Of a stretch of DNA of 64,000 bases, positions 1 to 11,147 are shown one piece after another. The stretch is from Balanoglossus misakiensis (taxonomy: Eukaryota; Animalia; Hemichordata), in the NCBI GenBank assembly GCA_040954595.2, contig CM082596.2, positions 2,654,556-2,718,555 of the forward strand. The letters run 5' to 3'. Positions within the stretch are counted from its first letter, which is position 1; each line of letters opens with the position of its first letter. The notes beneath the pieces are model-generated. The model was not told the origin of the DNA. It saw only the letters and a program-made list of their open reading frames with translations, and did not search any database. A program made the position numbers and the translations under genes.

Positions 1-1
1 C

Positions 2-85
2 AGACACAGTTCCTCTTTCTTGAGGGACTGTGACGCAGACTATTGCAGTGGTCTCTGGGATAAAAATGCAGGCTTAGTCATGTGA
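2..85 (+). CDS. Possible terminal coding fragment of an upstream gene (RHSSSFLRDCDADYCSGLWDKNAGLVM*), followed by about 3 kb of 3'UTR-like AT-rich sequence
   Basis: Open frame from the window edge to TGA at 83-85. No family recognised; could be chance. Confidence 0.2.
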   Translation, partial: RHSSSFLRDCDADYCSGLWDKNAGLVM

Positions 86-1304
86 TAGTGGTACAAAGAA
101 ATACACAAGGAAGAGTTTGTTCACCAGAATACACACCATATACAACGTATTTCTATGAGTGTTTTTCACACGTGGTATTGTTTGTACCATGGTGCAATCA
201 AATTCCGGGGTTCACGTATTGCGTCAACTATTAGTCTGTGGCAACCTGAGAAGTGGCACACAAAGTAACATAGTATTAATTGGATTTAACACAGTCATTT
301 CCAAACAACATCTGTCTCAGTAATTCAGGACGAGTGATGCACCATTGCCCCTGGTTTGCCGCCGGGTCTTAAATTAATGAGTTCCTTCACTGTGCTGACT
401 GCATACAAAGTTCCATCAGTTTTATTTTGCAATTTGGGGCAAACCGACCTGCTGATGTGAAATCTGTATGTAAGCCATCTTGCATGAAAAGCTACTTCGC
501 TGTTTACTTGATGGGTATTTTAGTAGTTTTCGCGTAGGATATTAAAGACACTGCCACACTCTAATAAATCACGCAAAACAGCTGTTTCTTCTCCAGACTT
601 GTCTGGCTTCAGTGGTTCCAAAGAATACAAACCTATTATCGTAAACCCTGAATAATCTCCTCAGAAACATCAAATTTTTTTCTTACCATGATTCCTATCG
701 ATACATAGTTTCCTTTCGGGGCTCCATCGACATCAAGTGGAAGAGTTTCACACATTGTGATTATCCTGAACATTTTTTTTTGCTATAGTAGCAACTATGT
801 CACATGACATGTCTATATTTTGAAGAATTCTCAACAGGCAGTATAAGCAGGACTCATGTCTTTCATATAACTATAGGTGTGTGTCTTTTCATTAGATTAC
901 CAGACTCAAATGAATTTTCATGAGTTTTGGAGTTTATGTTCTAAACATGATACGTGTAGTTCCTTTCTCTCCCCTTAACCCTCCCTGAGCATGCTGACGG
1001 AAAGAAAATAATCTGTACTTAAATGTCTATATTTTGTGAGATCATATGTTTTTATGCATTCTTTTATTCATTCATTAAGGGATAGGATTACCATTTCAAA
1101 ACAACGATCTAAAGTGAATAACTCAAGAACTATTAGTTTTAAACGCACTGACCTCAGGTCAGAAAACAACTCAGATTATAAATAGTCTCTTTGCAATACA
1201 GTAGACTATATAAGGTAATGTGTTACGCATCAAATGTGTCTATCAGAATAAAATGAAGAGTTAGGGTGTCTCAGTGAAATTTGTGAGGGAATATGATGCT
1301 TTAA

Positions 1305-1382
1305 TTAATCTTTTCACCCCCAGTTTCCTACTTAGAGGTCCAACAATTGATTTGGACCAAACCGTGTTGGTGAAAGGGTTAA
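1305..1382. mobile_element. Short TTAA-flanked hairpin element (piggyBac-type MITE-like)
   Basis: TTAA-TCTTTTCACC...GGTGAAAGGG-TTAA imperfect terminal inverted repeat, with an inner GGTCCAA/TTGGACC palindrome. Confidence 0.55.
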
Positions 1383-2205
1383 ATCGCAATCAGTTTCAGG
1401 AAAATATTTTGTCTTTCTCAGAGTATTGGTTTTAGCTTGTAAATGAATGTTGTTTATTAATAGTCAGAATTTCTGAATCTTCAAGGTTTTTCTTGGTGTA
1501 AAAAGGTGAGTTAAATTATTGAAATATGTATTCATGAGTAGAATTAATTACTCAGTTTTGGTGGTATCAGTCTGTTACCAGAATCTACATTTGACTCTTT
1601 GCATGGTCAAATGGCCTAAGTTTGAAATAGCGTAGTTTAGAGATATGGTTGCGGACAAACATTGGGGTGAATGTAACAGCTATCCGTCGCCGAGTGTCTG
1701 TATTGTACCAGTTGTCACTTACTTTCTACGCACCTGGTCAAGAGTGTACAAAGTAATTGACCAATCAGAAGTGTCAGTCTAAGAATAGATGGCAATAATA
1801 ATCCCTATTGTTGGATAATTTTGTTGTAAGATAATAGCAATGGCTTGATAGTTGAAATGTTTTTTTTTTCCGCGTTTCAATTTACATTATTTTAGCTGGA
1901 GTGCAGTAACCCAGATCATTGCTTTTAGAAGACATTGCCTGTATTAAACAAATTTCCATCCATCCCAGGTTTTGTGTTGTACGTACCATGATCATGTCAT
2001 TTCAATCTTCCAGGTTTTGTTTTCATTATCCATATAGATCTGATCAATTACATCCTGGCATTTTGTTGGTATGAGTTTACTATTTTGAGTTTATAATCTC
2101 TAGAAAAGTCAACCATACTATTATATTTGTGCACCCAAAGTTATCCTAGGACAAAAACTTGAAAGTCTGTCTGTTACAGAAGGGGGAAAGTTGCCAGTAC
2201 CGTTG

Positions 2206-2278
2206 TAGTCGTCGTTACCTAGACTCTCTTGAGGCGGAAATAGAGCGTACTGAAAGAGAGTCTGGGTCACCTAGACTA
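2206..2278. mobile_element. Short palindromic MITE-like element
   Basis: TAGTC...CCTAGACTCTCT / AGAGAGTCTGGG...GACTA nested inverted repeats around a short spacer. Confidence 0.55.
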
Positions 2279-3086
2279 TTGTTGAATGATGTATGATGTC
2301 AGCCAACAAAAGACCAGATGTAATGTCATCGAGGGGTCATGAAAGTGGCCTATTGATCACTCACTATACACACACTTTTCATGTCTGTATCTTCTCTACT
2401 ATGGGTCCAATATAATTATATGCACACGGTGCACATTGTGGACTGTCATGTTTGAAACATGGCTGTGTTTAAGCCTAATTGTGTTCGTGGGGTGAAAAAC
2501 TATGAACAACTTCACAATGGTATATTTTTCTCAAGCTTCTAACAGACAGCTACTATCACCTGTTTAGAAACTTATACTTCACAGGCAATTGGTGTCAATG
2601 TAGATCATGTGACCTATTGCATCCAATCAATACCTCAGTTTCTATTAATCAAGATGTAATTCAAGGCAACCGATGAAAATATATATGGTTTTGAATTGAA
2701 CTACCAATAAGGCAAACCTATACCTGGTCTGATTTTGAGATTTCATGTCTTTCTGAAATGAGTTGTGCATTTGTAAATAATGGCTGCACATATACTTTGA
2801 CATGGATATGTACTATATATAGCTGGTCACTGTATATGGATAGAAGATTTAAATATTTTTAGGCCTGATTAAAATTTGTCATGAAAAGCACTTACATGGG
2901 CAGTTGTGTGTTTATTTTGTGAAACGATATGATTGTATACCAGTGTATGAAAGTGGCATCCTGTTTACATAATACCCAGTTACTTATATTCTCTGATTGA
3001 AAATAATACTTGCCTTTTTTCACATTTTAATGGCAATACTGATATATTTTTATTTTGGATGTCAAAGTTGTACGTGGAGTAAATTT

Positions 3087-3143
3087 AATACCATGGCAAC
3101 CAGCTGAGAACGCCGGCAACGACAGGATAGCAACTATGGCAAT
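3087..3143. promoter_or_regulatory. Cluster of RFX X-box-like half sites at the start of a CpG-richer segment
   Basis: ATACCATGGCAAC (3088-3100), GGCAAC and GCAACTATGGCAAT resemble GTTGCCATGGCAAC. Confidence 0.3.
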
Positions 3144-3253
3144 GTCGTGACCGGAGGATGACCTCTCGAACAATAGCTTGTTTCAAAGAATAAAACTACG
3201 CCCCCACCGTCAAAATGTCCGCCAATACGAAGGAATCTTAATGCTTGTTCAAC

Positions 3254-5179
3254 ATGATGCCGCGTATGATAATCGGCGATATAAGCTTCAAATATCACTA
3301 CATTTATTTGATTTTCTCGAAGAAATTCTACAACGATGAATATACGTGCGATGAAATATGTCCTTATGGTTATACATTGGTGACGTCACTCAACACCGTT
3401 CGGCCATGCTACATCCGGGCTATTGGTATTTATCCCTGCATGGACGTCGTCTGCTGTACACATGCTGCAGAAATCTGGACAAAATGTAATGGACAAACCA
3501 AGGTTAGTGTCTAAGGTTGGTGTCCAATTTCACAAGCGTATGGGAGTAATCTTGGAGAAAAACCAGAGCGTATTGAACACTTGGGGGGAACCCCAAGTGA
3601 ATATTTGGCGGGTAATAACTTCTGGCTTAGTGAAAGGCTTGGCAGAGATACAGCAGCGTCCCATACCCAGGATAGCGTCGTGGGGATGGGGCAGAACAGA
3701 GGTAATTTTCTGTAGAAGGAAAAGGTTGTAAGTTGTTTCAGGAGTTTTAATTTCCGCGTCGCTTTCTTGACGTTCGGACACTCACTCGACTTATAGCCAA
3801 TAAACAACTGTAAGTTTGTATTACTAATTAGTGGGGCTTCCAGTTGTTGACTTAGTTTAGGGTATAAGGCTGTCCAGGTTGAGAATCAAAAAACACTCTT
3901 TCACAAAAAAATCACTTTCCCGACTATAATGTGCTTCCATTTCTACAAATAACGGCCAACATTCTACTGAATTTTTGTCAGTAATAACGAAAAATGAGTA
4001 CGCAGAACTCCGGTTGACAGGTTGTGCCTGCCATGAGGTGGAAATGTACGCACATGATTACGCACATGTACATTACATGTAGCGCGCTTGCGCAGAACGT
4101 CCCCTGCCCCATTCTATATTACGATACGGTGATTTTTAGAGAAAGTTTAGCGAGCTTTTATTTACTTTACACTGTTTAATAAAGTTTAAAGTCGACCAAC
4201 CAAAAGTGTGCGGTGTTACAACTGAACTTGTAAATGTAAAAACAAAGTATGATCCGTAGCAAGATGCTATTTTCTTAAAGAATATCAAAAGTTGTGTGGT
4301 TTTTAGAATTTCTTAAGCGAAAGTTTCATTTTTTAAAAGTGACTATGTAACCGTGTTTAAGTGTTTTCCCGAGGTGAAAATTTTATTTTAGGTTAGCACT
4401 GATTTCTTGTTACACAACTTGTGGGGGCGCTCTTTCTACTGGTGCTGACAAACTTTTTTGTGGGGGCGCAGTTCAGGTTTCTCATATGCAGATTTCTATG
4501 GGGGTGCAGTTCTGTCACAGGCCGACTTCTTTTGATACTTTCTGGTCTGCATCAATCTGATTAAAGCCCAGAAGCTGCCATTTTAGCATTATTTTCATCA
4601 TTTTACATTCAAACTTAGAATGGTCCATTTCAATGAACAGATGCCACACCCATTTATTCAGCCGCCCATTGTAAGAGTAGACAAATTTAACATCATGGTA
4701 TGCACTCTTGGGTATAAGAATCTCCTTAAATTCAAATTAGTGCTGTCTGCTGACTCAGGAATAAAGGAGAAGATTGAAGAATTTTATTGATTAAAATACA
4801 TTGTATGTTGAAAAGTAGGGCTTTAATTAAAATCAGATGTAGGGTTGGCTCAATCTTTACATTGGCTGATTCTTGGTTGTTCTATTCTCAGATGTCCGCC
4901 ACACTACACTGTACAGAGTGTTGGGTTTAACAATAGTATTTTTTTAAGATGTATTAAAGTTATACTTTGGAAAGTCAAAAATGTTGCATGTGATCATGTA
5001 CTGGCTGTAAAAGGAGTAAATATATGCACATTCCAAATTGAATTTAGTTACACCAGGAAAATCATGGAGCAATAATCCAATTTGTGAAGTTGTGTGGATG
5101 TAGATAACTTATGTATATTGTTTGTTTTTGTTCCCTCTAGGTCTGTGGCATTTCTAACGTAGGATATATGAACTTATAG
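3254..5179 (+). CDS. Putative two-exon small Cys-rich ORF (3254-3502 + 5141-5179, 95 aa) or non-coding spliced transcript
   Basis: ATG at 3254, donor AAG|GTTAGT after 3502, strong acceptor ttttgttccctctag|G at 5141, in frame to TAG 5177-5179. No homology recognised. Confidence 0.25.
4419..4512. repeat. Degenerate tandem repeat, about 39 bp period, 3 copies of TGGGGG(C/T)GC core
   Basis: gtgggggcgc at 4421 and 4460, atgggggtgc at about 4498. Confidence 0.5.
4827..4894 (+). repeat. Short interspersed repeat, copy 1
   Basis: ttaaaatcagatgtagggttggct..atctttaca...ttctt.g.tgttct closely matches 8728-8803. Confidence 0.65.
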
Positions 5180-5292
5180 CGGCAATAATTGTAGCAGTGA
5201 GTTGCTAATTTCGCTTTTTAACCATTACCCTTAGACATTAAAAAGCGTAATTAGCAACCCATCGCTACAATTGTTGCAGCTATATACTGAAC

Positions 5293-5685
5293 TAGGAACA
5301 TGGAATGGAATTATTTGTGTGTGTTTGACAAAAAATGGTGACATTTCTGACACGGAACAGTGACACTGAACAAGGAATGGAACTATTTGTGACTGATAAA
5401 ACCCAGGATACAACAAGGAATTTAATTATGTGTGAGTGATAAAACCCAGGATACTGTACAGGAAAGGCTTTGCAAGTACGTCGCCCTATAAGGATGGATG
5501 CTGTGCAAGGAATTGAACTCTTGTGACTGTATCGGAATGACATTCCCATTGTGACATTGAACAAGGAATTGAACTATTGTTACTGTATCGGAATGACACT
5601 CCCATTGTGACATTGAACAAGGAATTGAACTATTTTTGACTTTGACAAAGCACTGGATACTGCAAAGAAAAGCCTTCACAAGACA
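5293..5685. repeat. Complex minisatellite: core (A)CAAGGAATTGAACTAT with variable linkers; a 56-bp unit repeated about 2.3 times
   Basis: CAAGGAATTGAAC starts at 5506, 5562 and 5618 (period 56). Degenerate copies at about 5299, 5371 and 5414; GATAAAACCCAGGATAC occurs twice. Confidence 0.8.
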
Positions 5686-6983
5686 CTTGACTATACAAAG
5701 ATATCAAGGTGAGCACTCTGATACAATGTTACATTGTATTTTCGTTTTCTGGTAGAGAGATTGGAATCAAGGCATGTGCAGGCGCCATGGCATGTAATTT
5801 GCGGGGCACCTGTACGTGACTGAACCCTTTCTCTCTAACAATCTGGCAGCAAATATGATGTTATTATTGAACTTAGTCTCAAGAAAATGATTCATGCAGT
5901 CGTGTGCAAGTAGCTGAGAAGTTACCGGTAAGTTAAACATCGTTCACAGTGAAGATGGAAGGACCAGAAGACAAAGAGATGAGTGATTTTGCTAACAGTT
6001 ACTCATTAATTTTGGGGTTAGCTCATTTAAAAACTGTAGAGAGTGTACAATCCTTCAATTTTTGGAGCAAATCACTTCCTTTTGAAGTGTATTTATGGGA
6101 AAGATACACACATTTTTACCGTTGGTGCAGCTCTGCAAAATTTGAATGAACAAAACCCCAAATAATGAGCAGGTGTTTGCTGTGTTGAAATGACAAAGCA
6201 AATGCACAGGCTGCCACAGAGCAGTTTTATGGCATTCGCTTTGTTCATTGGTTCCTTAAGAACACTTTGGGGAATAGTATACACATATTGACTGGCAGCA
6301 AGGGCAATAGCATACGTTGGTCTCCCAGAGGGACTGTGAGTCTCCCCAAAACAGTCTGTTTCCTGAGGCCAGAGCAGTTACCTGAGGCCTAAGGCTGAGG
6401 GGCGACTTACAGGGCCCGACGGGACACAAACAAATGCTGTTACCCAAATATTGCCAGTCAATATGTGTTTTATAACACACCTCATCCGACAGTAGCACAA
6501 ATCTGGAAACTTTTCTACTGTCATCAAGTTGGTCTCAGACACAGATGACGTTGCGATCTTAAAGCCCATTGTGCTTTCCAATCTAGCCAGGAACTGTTGC
6601 CTGTCAAATGATGTGTGTTATACCCGGTACATGATATAAACTATATAGTTAGAAAGAGATAGCACGTGATTGATCGAACGTATCATTCAAACAAGAATGC
6701 GTAAATCTTTTGCGCTTCTGCCAAGGCATGAAATCCAACTCCAGCGTTCATTAGCAATGACGCCGTGTCATCCGAGATAACATCTACATAAGATTGTAAC
6801 TCTTTTGGATGCAAACGCTCAGAAAGTTTTAAATTTTAAAAGTTGTGACTAACATATTCTGAAGACATAATGAGGTCCCCGTATCCCCACTGCACTGTAA
6901 TGTCGGGAGAGTAGATTTAGAGCAAATAATCTCAGCTTAATTACCAATTGACTGGCTCGCATTTGCCACGCCTTGGTTCTCCT

Positions 6984-7428
6984 TCATTTTGAATGACCAG
7001 GGCACTTGTGTTTTGTCAGGTACACGTGTCTAAGTGATGGTAAGATCCTGAAACCAATTTCTGAGTGCATTTTAAAGGGTCCCGTATGCCCAGCTTCGAA
7101 ATCTATGTGTATTGGTATGTCAGAGTCTAGCAGTTTCTTTGCCATCTCTATGGTTACAAGGCTGCCTAATCCCTGGCGACGATAGGCTGGCTTCACGTAC
7201 GTATTCCCAATGGCGCCGTGGTATTGCTGCGATGACCAGGCGACTAAGTCGCCATCTTTCAGGATGCAGATGTTTGGAAGGTTCAGGCATTGTGTTCTCA
7301 TGTAATCGATGTATTCCTGGGAACAGCTTGGATCGCCGTAGGGCCAGGCTCTTGCAACTTCTTCTATGTGGTGTTCTTCGGTGATTGTTGCAAACGTCAT
7401 GTGGTCAGGAAGTTTTGAGGATTGGCAT
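6984..7428 (-). CDS. GLYAT-like coding exon 5 (GNAT/FR47-like C-terminal domain, stop)
   Basis: Acceptor cacacag|A; ...WPYG...LVAWSSQQYHGAIGNTYVKPAYRRQGLG...IGF...; TGA at 6984-6986. Confidence 0.9.
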
Positions 7429-8920
7429 CTGTGTGGTGACACAATTAAAAAATGTTAACGGTTTATCTGGAAGAGAATAGGTTTATCTTCCTTGATTAGT
7501 TTAGGAACTTAACAGTAGACACCAAAATAAGCAGATATTTCCCGTTATTATACAGAAAGTAAACAGTCACAGCTGGTTCACGTTAGCCCATCACCTTTTA
7601 CGGAAAACGTCACAGTCTTCCAATACCATCATGTCGGCCTTAGTAGCATCTCCAAAGGAATAACCCTGGTCTGCAATAATGTCATGCATCATTGGTTCTA
7701 AATCTCGAATAACTGAAAACAATAAAAATAAAATAAATGATAATGGATTATTTCTCTGTCTTCCTCATGGCATCCAACGATGTTAACTCAAAGGTCAATC
7801 GAAGAACAATTTATGCATATTACCTAAAACTTCGAGTCCTGGATTTCCCCAGTCAATGACTCCTGGTTGTAATAGCAAGTATTTCAAGTGCTCTTTATTT
7901 CTTGTGTGTAAAACTACGTTACGGAGCCATAAAGTATTCTACAGGCAAAATTCAAATATAAATATACATCTGTGTATATGTTGGCGATAAGTGGTAATAA
8001 CTTAGGCAGGTAGTACTGATATATGATTATTAAAGCAGTTGTAAAAAGTGATCGAAAAGTAATCATGTGAGGCATCAGTTTGCTGACTTTAATATAAAAA
8101 ATTCCATCACGTACCACTATGACGTCATTCGAAAGGTTAAGGTTAAGTGTTAACTGTCATAACTGGAGGCTTGTTTGAGATGCTGAAGACATCAGTGTAA
8201 GAAGGGAAGGTCACAAGGAAACTTATACTTGAAAACTGTCCTCACTCCATTAGACAGAGCATATTGTGACCTAAATACGGGTATACGCATGTAGTACGAG
8301 TTCAGCTTAATGCGCATGGGAAGGAATCACACTGAGTTGAATTGAGGCCAAATATTTGCTGAGTAACGGAATCAGGTTGCAGCACTCAATGTACTCTGAG
8401 CAATCAAGGGGTTGTACTGAACTGTCAAAGTTTACAGGTCTTTAACCCAGTCGTCAAAGCAATGATTATCTTCGATTTTGGACATCTCTGATGTTTTTTC
8501 GCACCCTTTATTATGGCAACTATATTGTGAAATCGATGATTACCTGTTTTGAAGGTCGCCCTATTAGCGACACGTCTTCATATTCTTCACGTGAGTCAAC
8601 CACGAACTCATAGTTAGGCCATTTGTCTTCAAGAACATTCTTCATCAGATAACTTATCTGTAAAGTGGCACATTTTTAACTCGAACGATGACGATGATGA
8701 TTATGATCCTGACAAGAAACACTGTGTTTAAAATCAGATGTAGAGTTGGCTGTATCTTTACAGTTGCCGGTTCTTAGCTGTTCTGCTCTTGTTTGTCAGA
8801 TGCGGATAAACATCAACTTACCTTGAGCGCAGAGTAGGGTGGACACGATTTTAGCATTTCTATCTTCTTTGCCAGCTCACTTTTGTTTAGAACACAGTAT
8901 TTTTGTGATGGGACTGCCAT
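6984..8920 (-). CDS. Glycine N-acyltransferase-like (GLYAT/GLYATL family) GNAT acyltransferase, 5 coding exons, 296 aa
   Basis: Exons 8822-8920, 8544-8657, 7824-7938, 7595-7712 and 6984-7428 total 891 nt; all introns GT-AG, frame continuous. GLYAT-like N-terminus (YSALK/ISYL..EFVVDS..LIGRP, GVIDW) and GNAT motif A YVKPAYRRQGLG. Confidence 0.9.
7595..7712 (-). CDS. GLYAT-like coding exon 4
   Basis: ttttcag|TT...AAA AG|gtgatg; (V)IRDLEPMMHDIIADQGYSFGDATKADMMVLEDCDVFRK(R). Confidence 0.8.
7824..7938 (-). CDS. GLYAT-like coding exon 3
   Basis: ctgtag|AAT...TTA G|gtaat; NTLWLRNVVLHTRNKEHLKYLLLQPGVIDWGNPGLEVL. Confidence 0.85.
8544..8657 (-). CDS. GLYAT-like coding exon 2
   Basis: ctttacag|ATA...CAG|gtaatc; ISYLMKNVLEDKWPNYEFVVDSREEYEDVSLIGRPSKQ. 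Confidence 0.85.
8728..8803 (+). repeat. Short interspersed repeat, copy 2 (inside GLYAT-like intron 1)
   Basis: Matches 4827-4894. Confidence 0.65.
8822..8920 (-). CDS. GLYAT-like coding exon 1
   Basis: ATG at 8920; MAVPSQKYCVLNKSELAKKIEMLKSCPPYSALK|gtaagt. An acceptor 4 nt upstream and a donor at about 9090 suggest a 5'UTR exon. Confidence 0.85.
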
Positions 8921-10584
8921 TATACTGCCATAAGCATTCACAGGAAAATATAAGACTAGAATCACACAGTTGGGCGCTTGAATTGTGACTTGGGCCAAAT
9001 AGCCGATCTATAGAAACACGCAGACATACTCGGTCAAAGTACTTGATGTACTGATGTACAGGTCATGCCCCCATACGAGGATCAGCTTACTTTTCAAAGC
9101 TAGCTCACTCATAGTCAAAATAGGTCATTGGTTTCTTTCATTCTTCATCCTACCATTTGGGAGGCATTCCACAAGAAGAATGTGTTGACCCAAGCTCATG
9201 CTTACGCCCTCTCGCGTTAGGAAAGCAAATATTGTCCAATCTTTAAAAAGATCACGCGACTCATTCCTGTGAATTGGTGCAATTAATATTCACACTGAAA
9301 ATCAATCAAACATGGCCATATCAATAAATGCAGGTTTTATGTACAGATGCACAAACTGATTTTATTGTATCTACATTAAAGTTTGAAAGATGTCATCAGA
9401 TGGGAAATCATTGCACAGAGTCAAGTTGGTAAAATTGTCCTGTACTACATGAGTTAGCATAGCAATAATGTGCATGACGTTGCCTTTGTACTGGCAAGGG
9501 TGCGAAACAAATAAATAGGCAAGTGCATGACCATGAGTAAGATTCACATTTTCCCATAATATCAGAATATTTACAGTCGTTGAGAATCAATTGATAAAGT
9601 GACAGTTACTACGCATACACAGAAAACATATACATATATAAGTACATTTGTAAGTTGAGTAAAGCATGCAGACAAATGAAATATTTATAATTTCCCCCGA
9701 CGGCTAATTTTAAGCAACAATCTCCTGTAATTATAAAGGAAAAGGAAACAAATGTTGTAGTCCCATTTAAAATTCTACCACTATTGACAGTTCGTGTTTG
9801 TAAACTTTTTGTTTCAGTGTAATTACTCTCTGTCGCTTATTTCAGTAATCCATTTTATATGTCGTAGATATATCTTTTAGTTTTGTAAATGACATTGAGT
9901 TAAGCGGACAGTTTGCTTTCAGCTGAAGTTCAAACAACTAAACAAATGAAACAGAAAGGTGACATAAGCAAGTTCTTGTAAAATGATAAATTGTTAGTAC
10001 TTGTTGCTGAAAGACAGTTAAACATATCGAACTCATCCATGTTCAAAACCAAAGAAGTAGCTGACAACAACACACTGTGAGGGTGATATTGCCCAAGGAA
10101 ATGCCATAAATATAATCACAAGATAAAAACATGTCACAGTGTCTAAATTGTCCGTTTTATAAAAATATACCTGTGGGAGTCTTAAGACAGCCAGCAATAA
10201 AAGTTGAATGGAGCCATAACAAGCGAAGGTTTTTTTTATCATGTTCGACCGTCATTAAAAGGCATAAGATACAGGATATCAGAAGGCGACACACTCCCTT
10301 GATCAAACTTTGCGTGTTCACTGCAGCTTGGGATCCGAGTACCAGCAAAGTGGGAAAAAATTAATTTCCGTCAAACTTCGTCAACGTGTACATGGACACA
10401 GCGATCACCCGCACCAGGGTTCTTCAGAATCTTGCCCAGTTGTCCAAGTCCAGGACCTGTTCTCTTCCAGTTGAACAAAGTCATCTGCAGAGACGTCAAA
10501 GGATATGTAGAAATATCCATCGGGTTCAGAGAGTGGTGATCAGCATTACATCAGGCTCACAAGCCGTGACCGTGTCAAACTCAA

Positions 10585-11147
10585 CTAGCCGATCTGGCAG
10601 ACGATAATGAGTATAGTACATACTGTTCCGATGACGTAGAAAACCATGAATAATCTGTCGATTACGACAGCCAGTCTTTTCCATTCGTTTGTGGCTACCT
10701 CTCGCTTGTTTCTGTTGTCACAGTGCTGGGAAATTTTGCGAAATTCGTGCAGCAGGTGAAATAGGAGGTGGTCGTCATGGTTACTGTTGGGCTGCTTGTC
10801 GTTCCGACTGCCGCTCTTCGCCTGAGAATGATGAGAGTTGGTGGTGTGTTTGGTTCTCAGACAGTGGCTGTGGAGTGCACACGCCTTCAACCAGGAGCAG
10901 TCAAGCTCTTTCAACATTCGCGGGATAACACATATCCCAGCCTCGGTTGTGTATCTGTTCAGAGGCGGGCACTTCGTCGAGTACTTACTTCGGACACGTA
11001 AGATTTTCTCAAGATGGCCGAAGACTAGCCGGCGCACTCTTTGCGGGACGGGCGCCCTCTCGGAGCCACAGTAGTGCAGGTTGAGCACGGTCACCGACAT
11101 TCCCAGCGACAAGGTTACCATCACCATGGTAGCAGCGTAATATTGGC
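10585..11147 (-). CDS. nAChR-like A exon 7 (M3, cytoplasmic loop, M4, stop)
   Basis: attacag|GC CAA TAT TAC; QYYAATMVMVTLSLGMSVTVLNLHY...EWKRLAVVIDRLF...; TAG. Confidence 0.95.

Noticed and set aside
3336-3502. Frame with a single in-frame TGA, possible selenoprotein
   Set aside because: No redox (CxxU) motif, no recognisable selenoprotein family and no SECIS identified.
5293-5685. CRISPR-like repeat/spacer appearance
   Set aside because: Linkers are duplicated rather than unique, cores are degenerate and irregularly spaced, there are no cas genes, and the context is eukaryotic.
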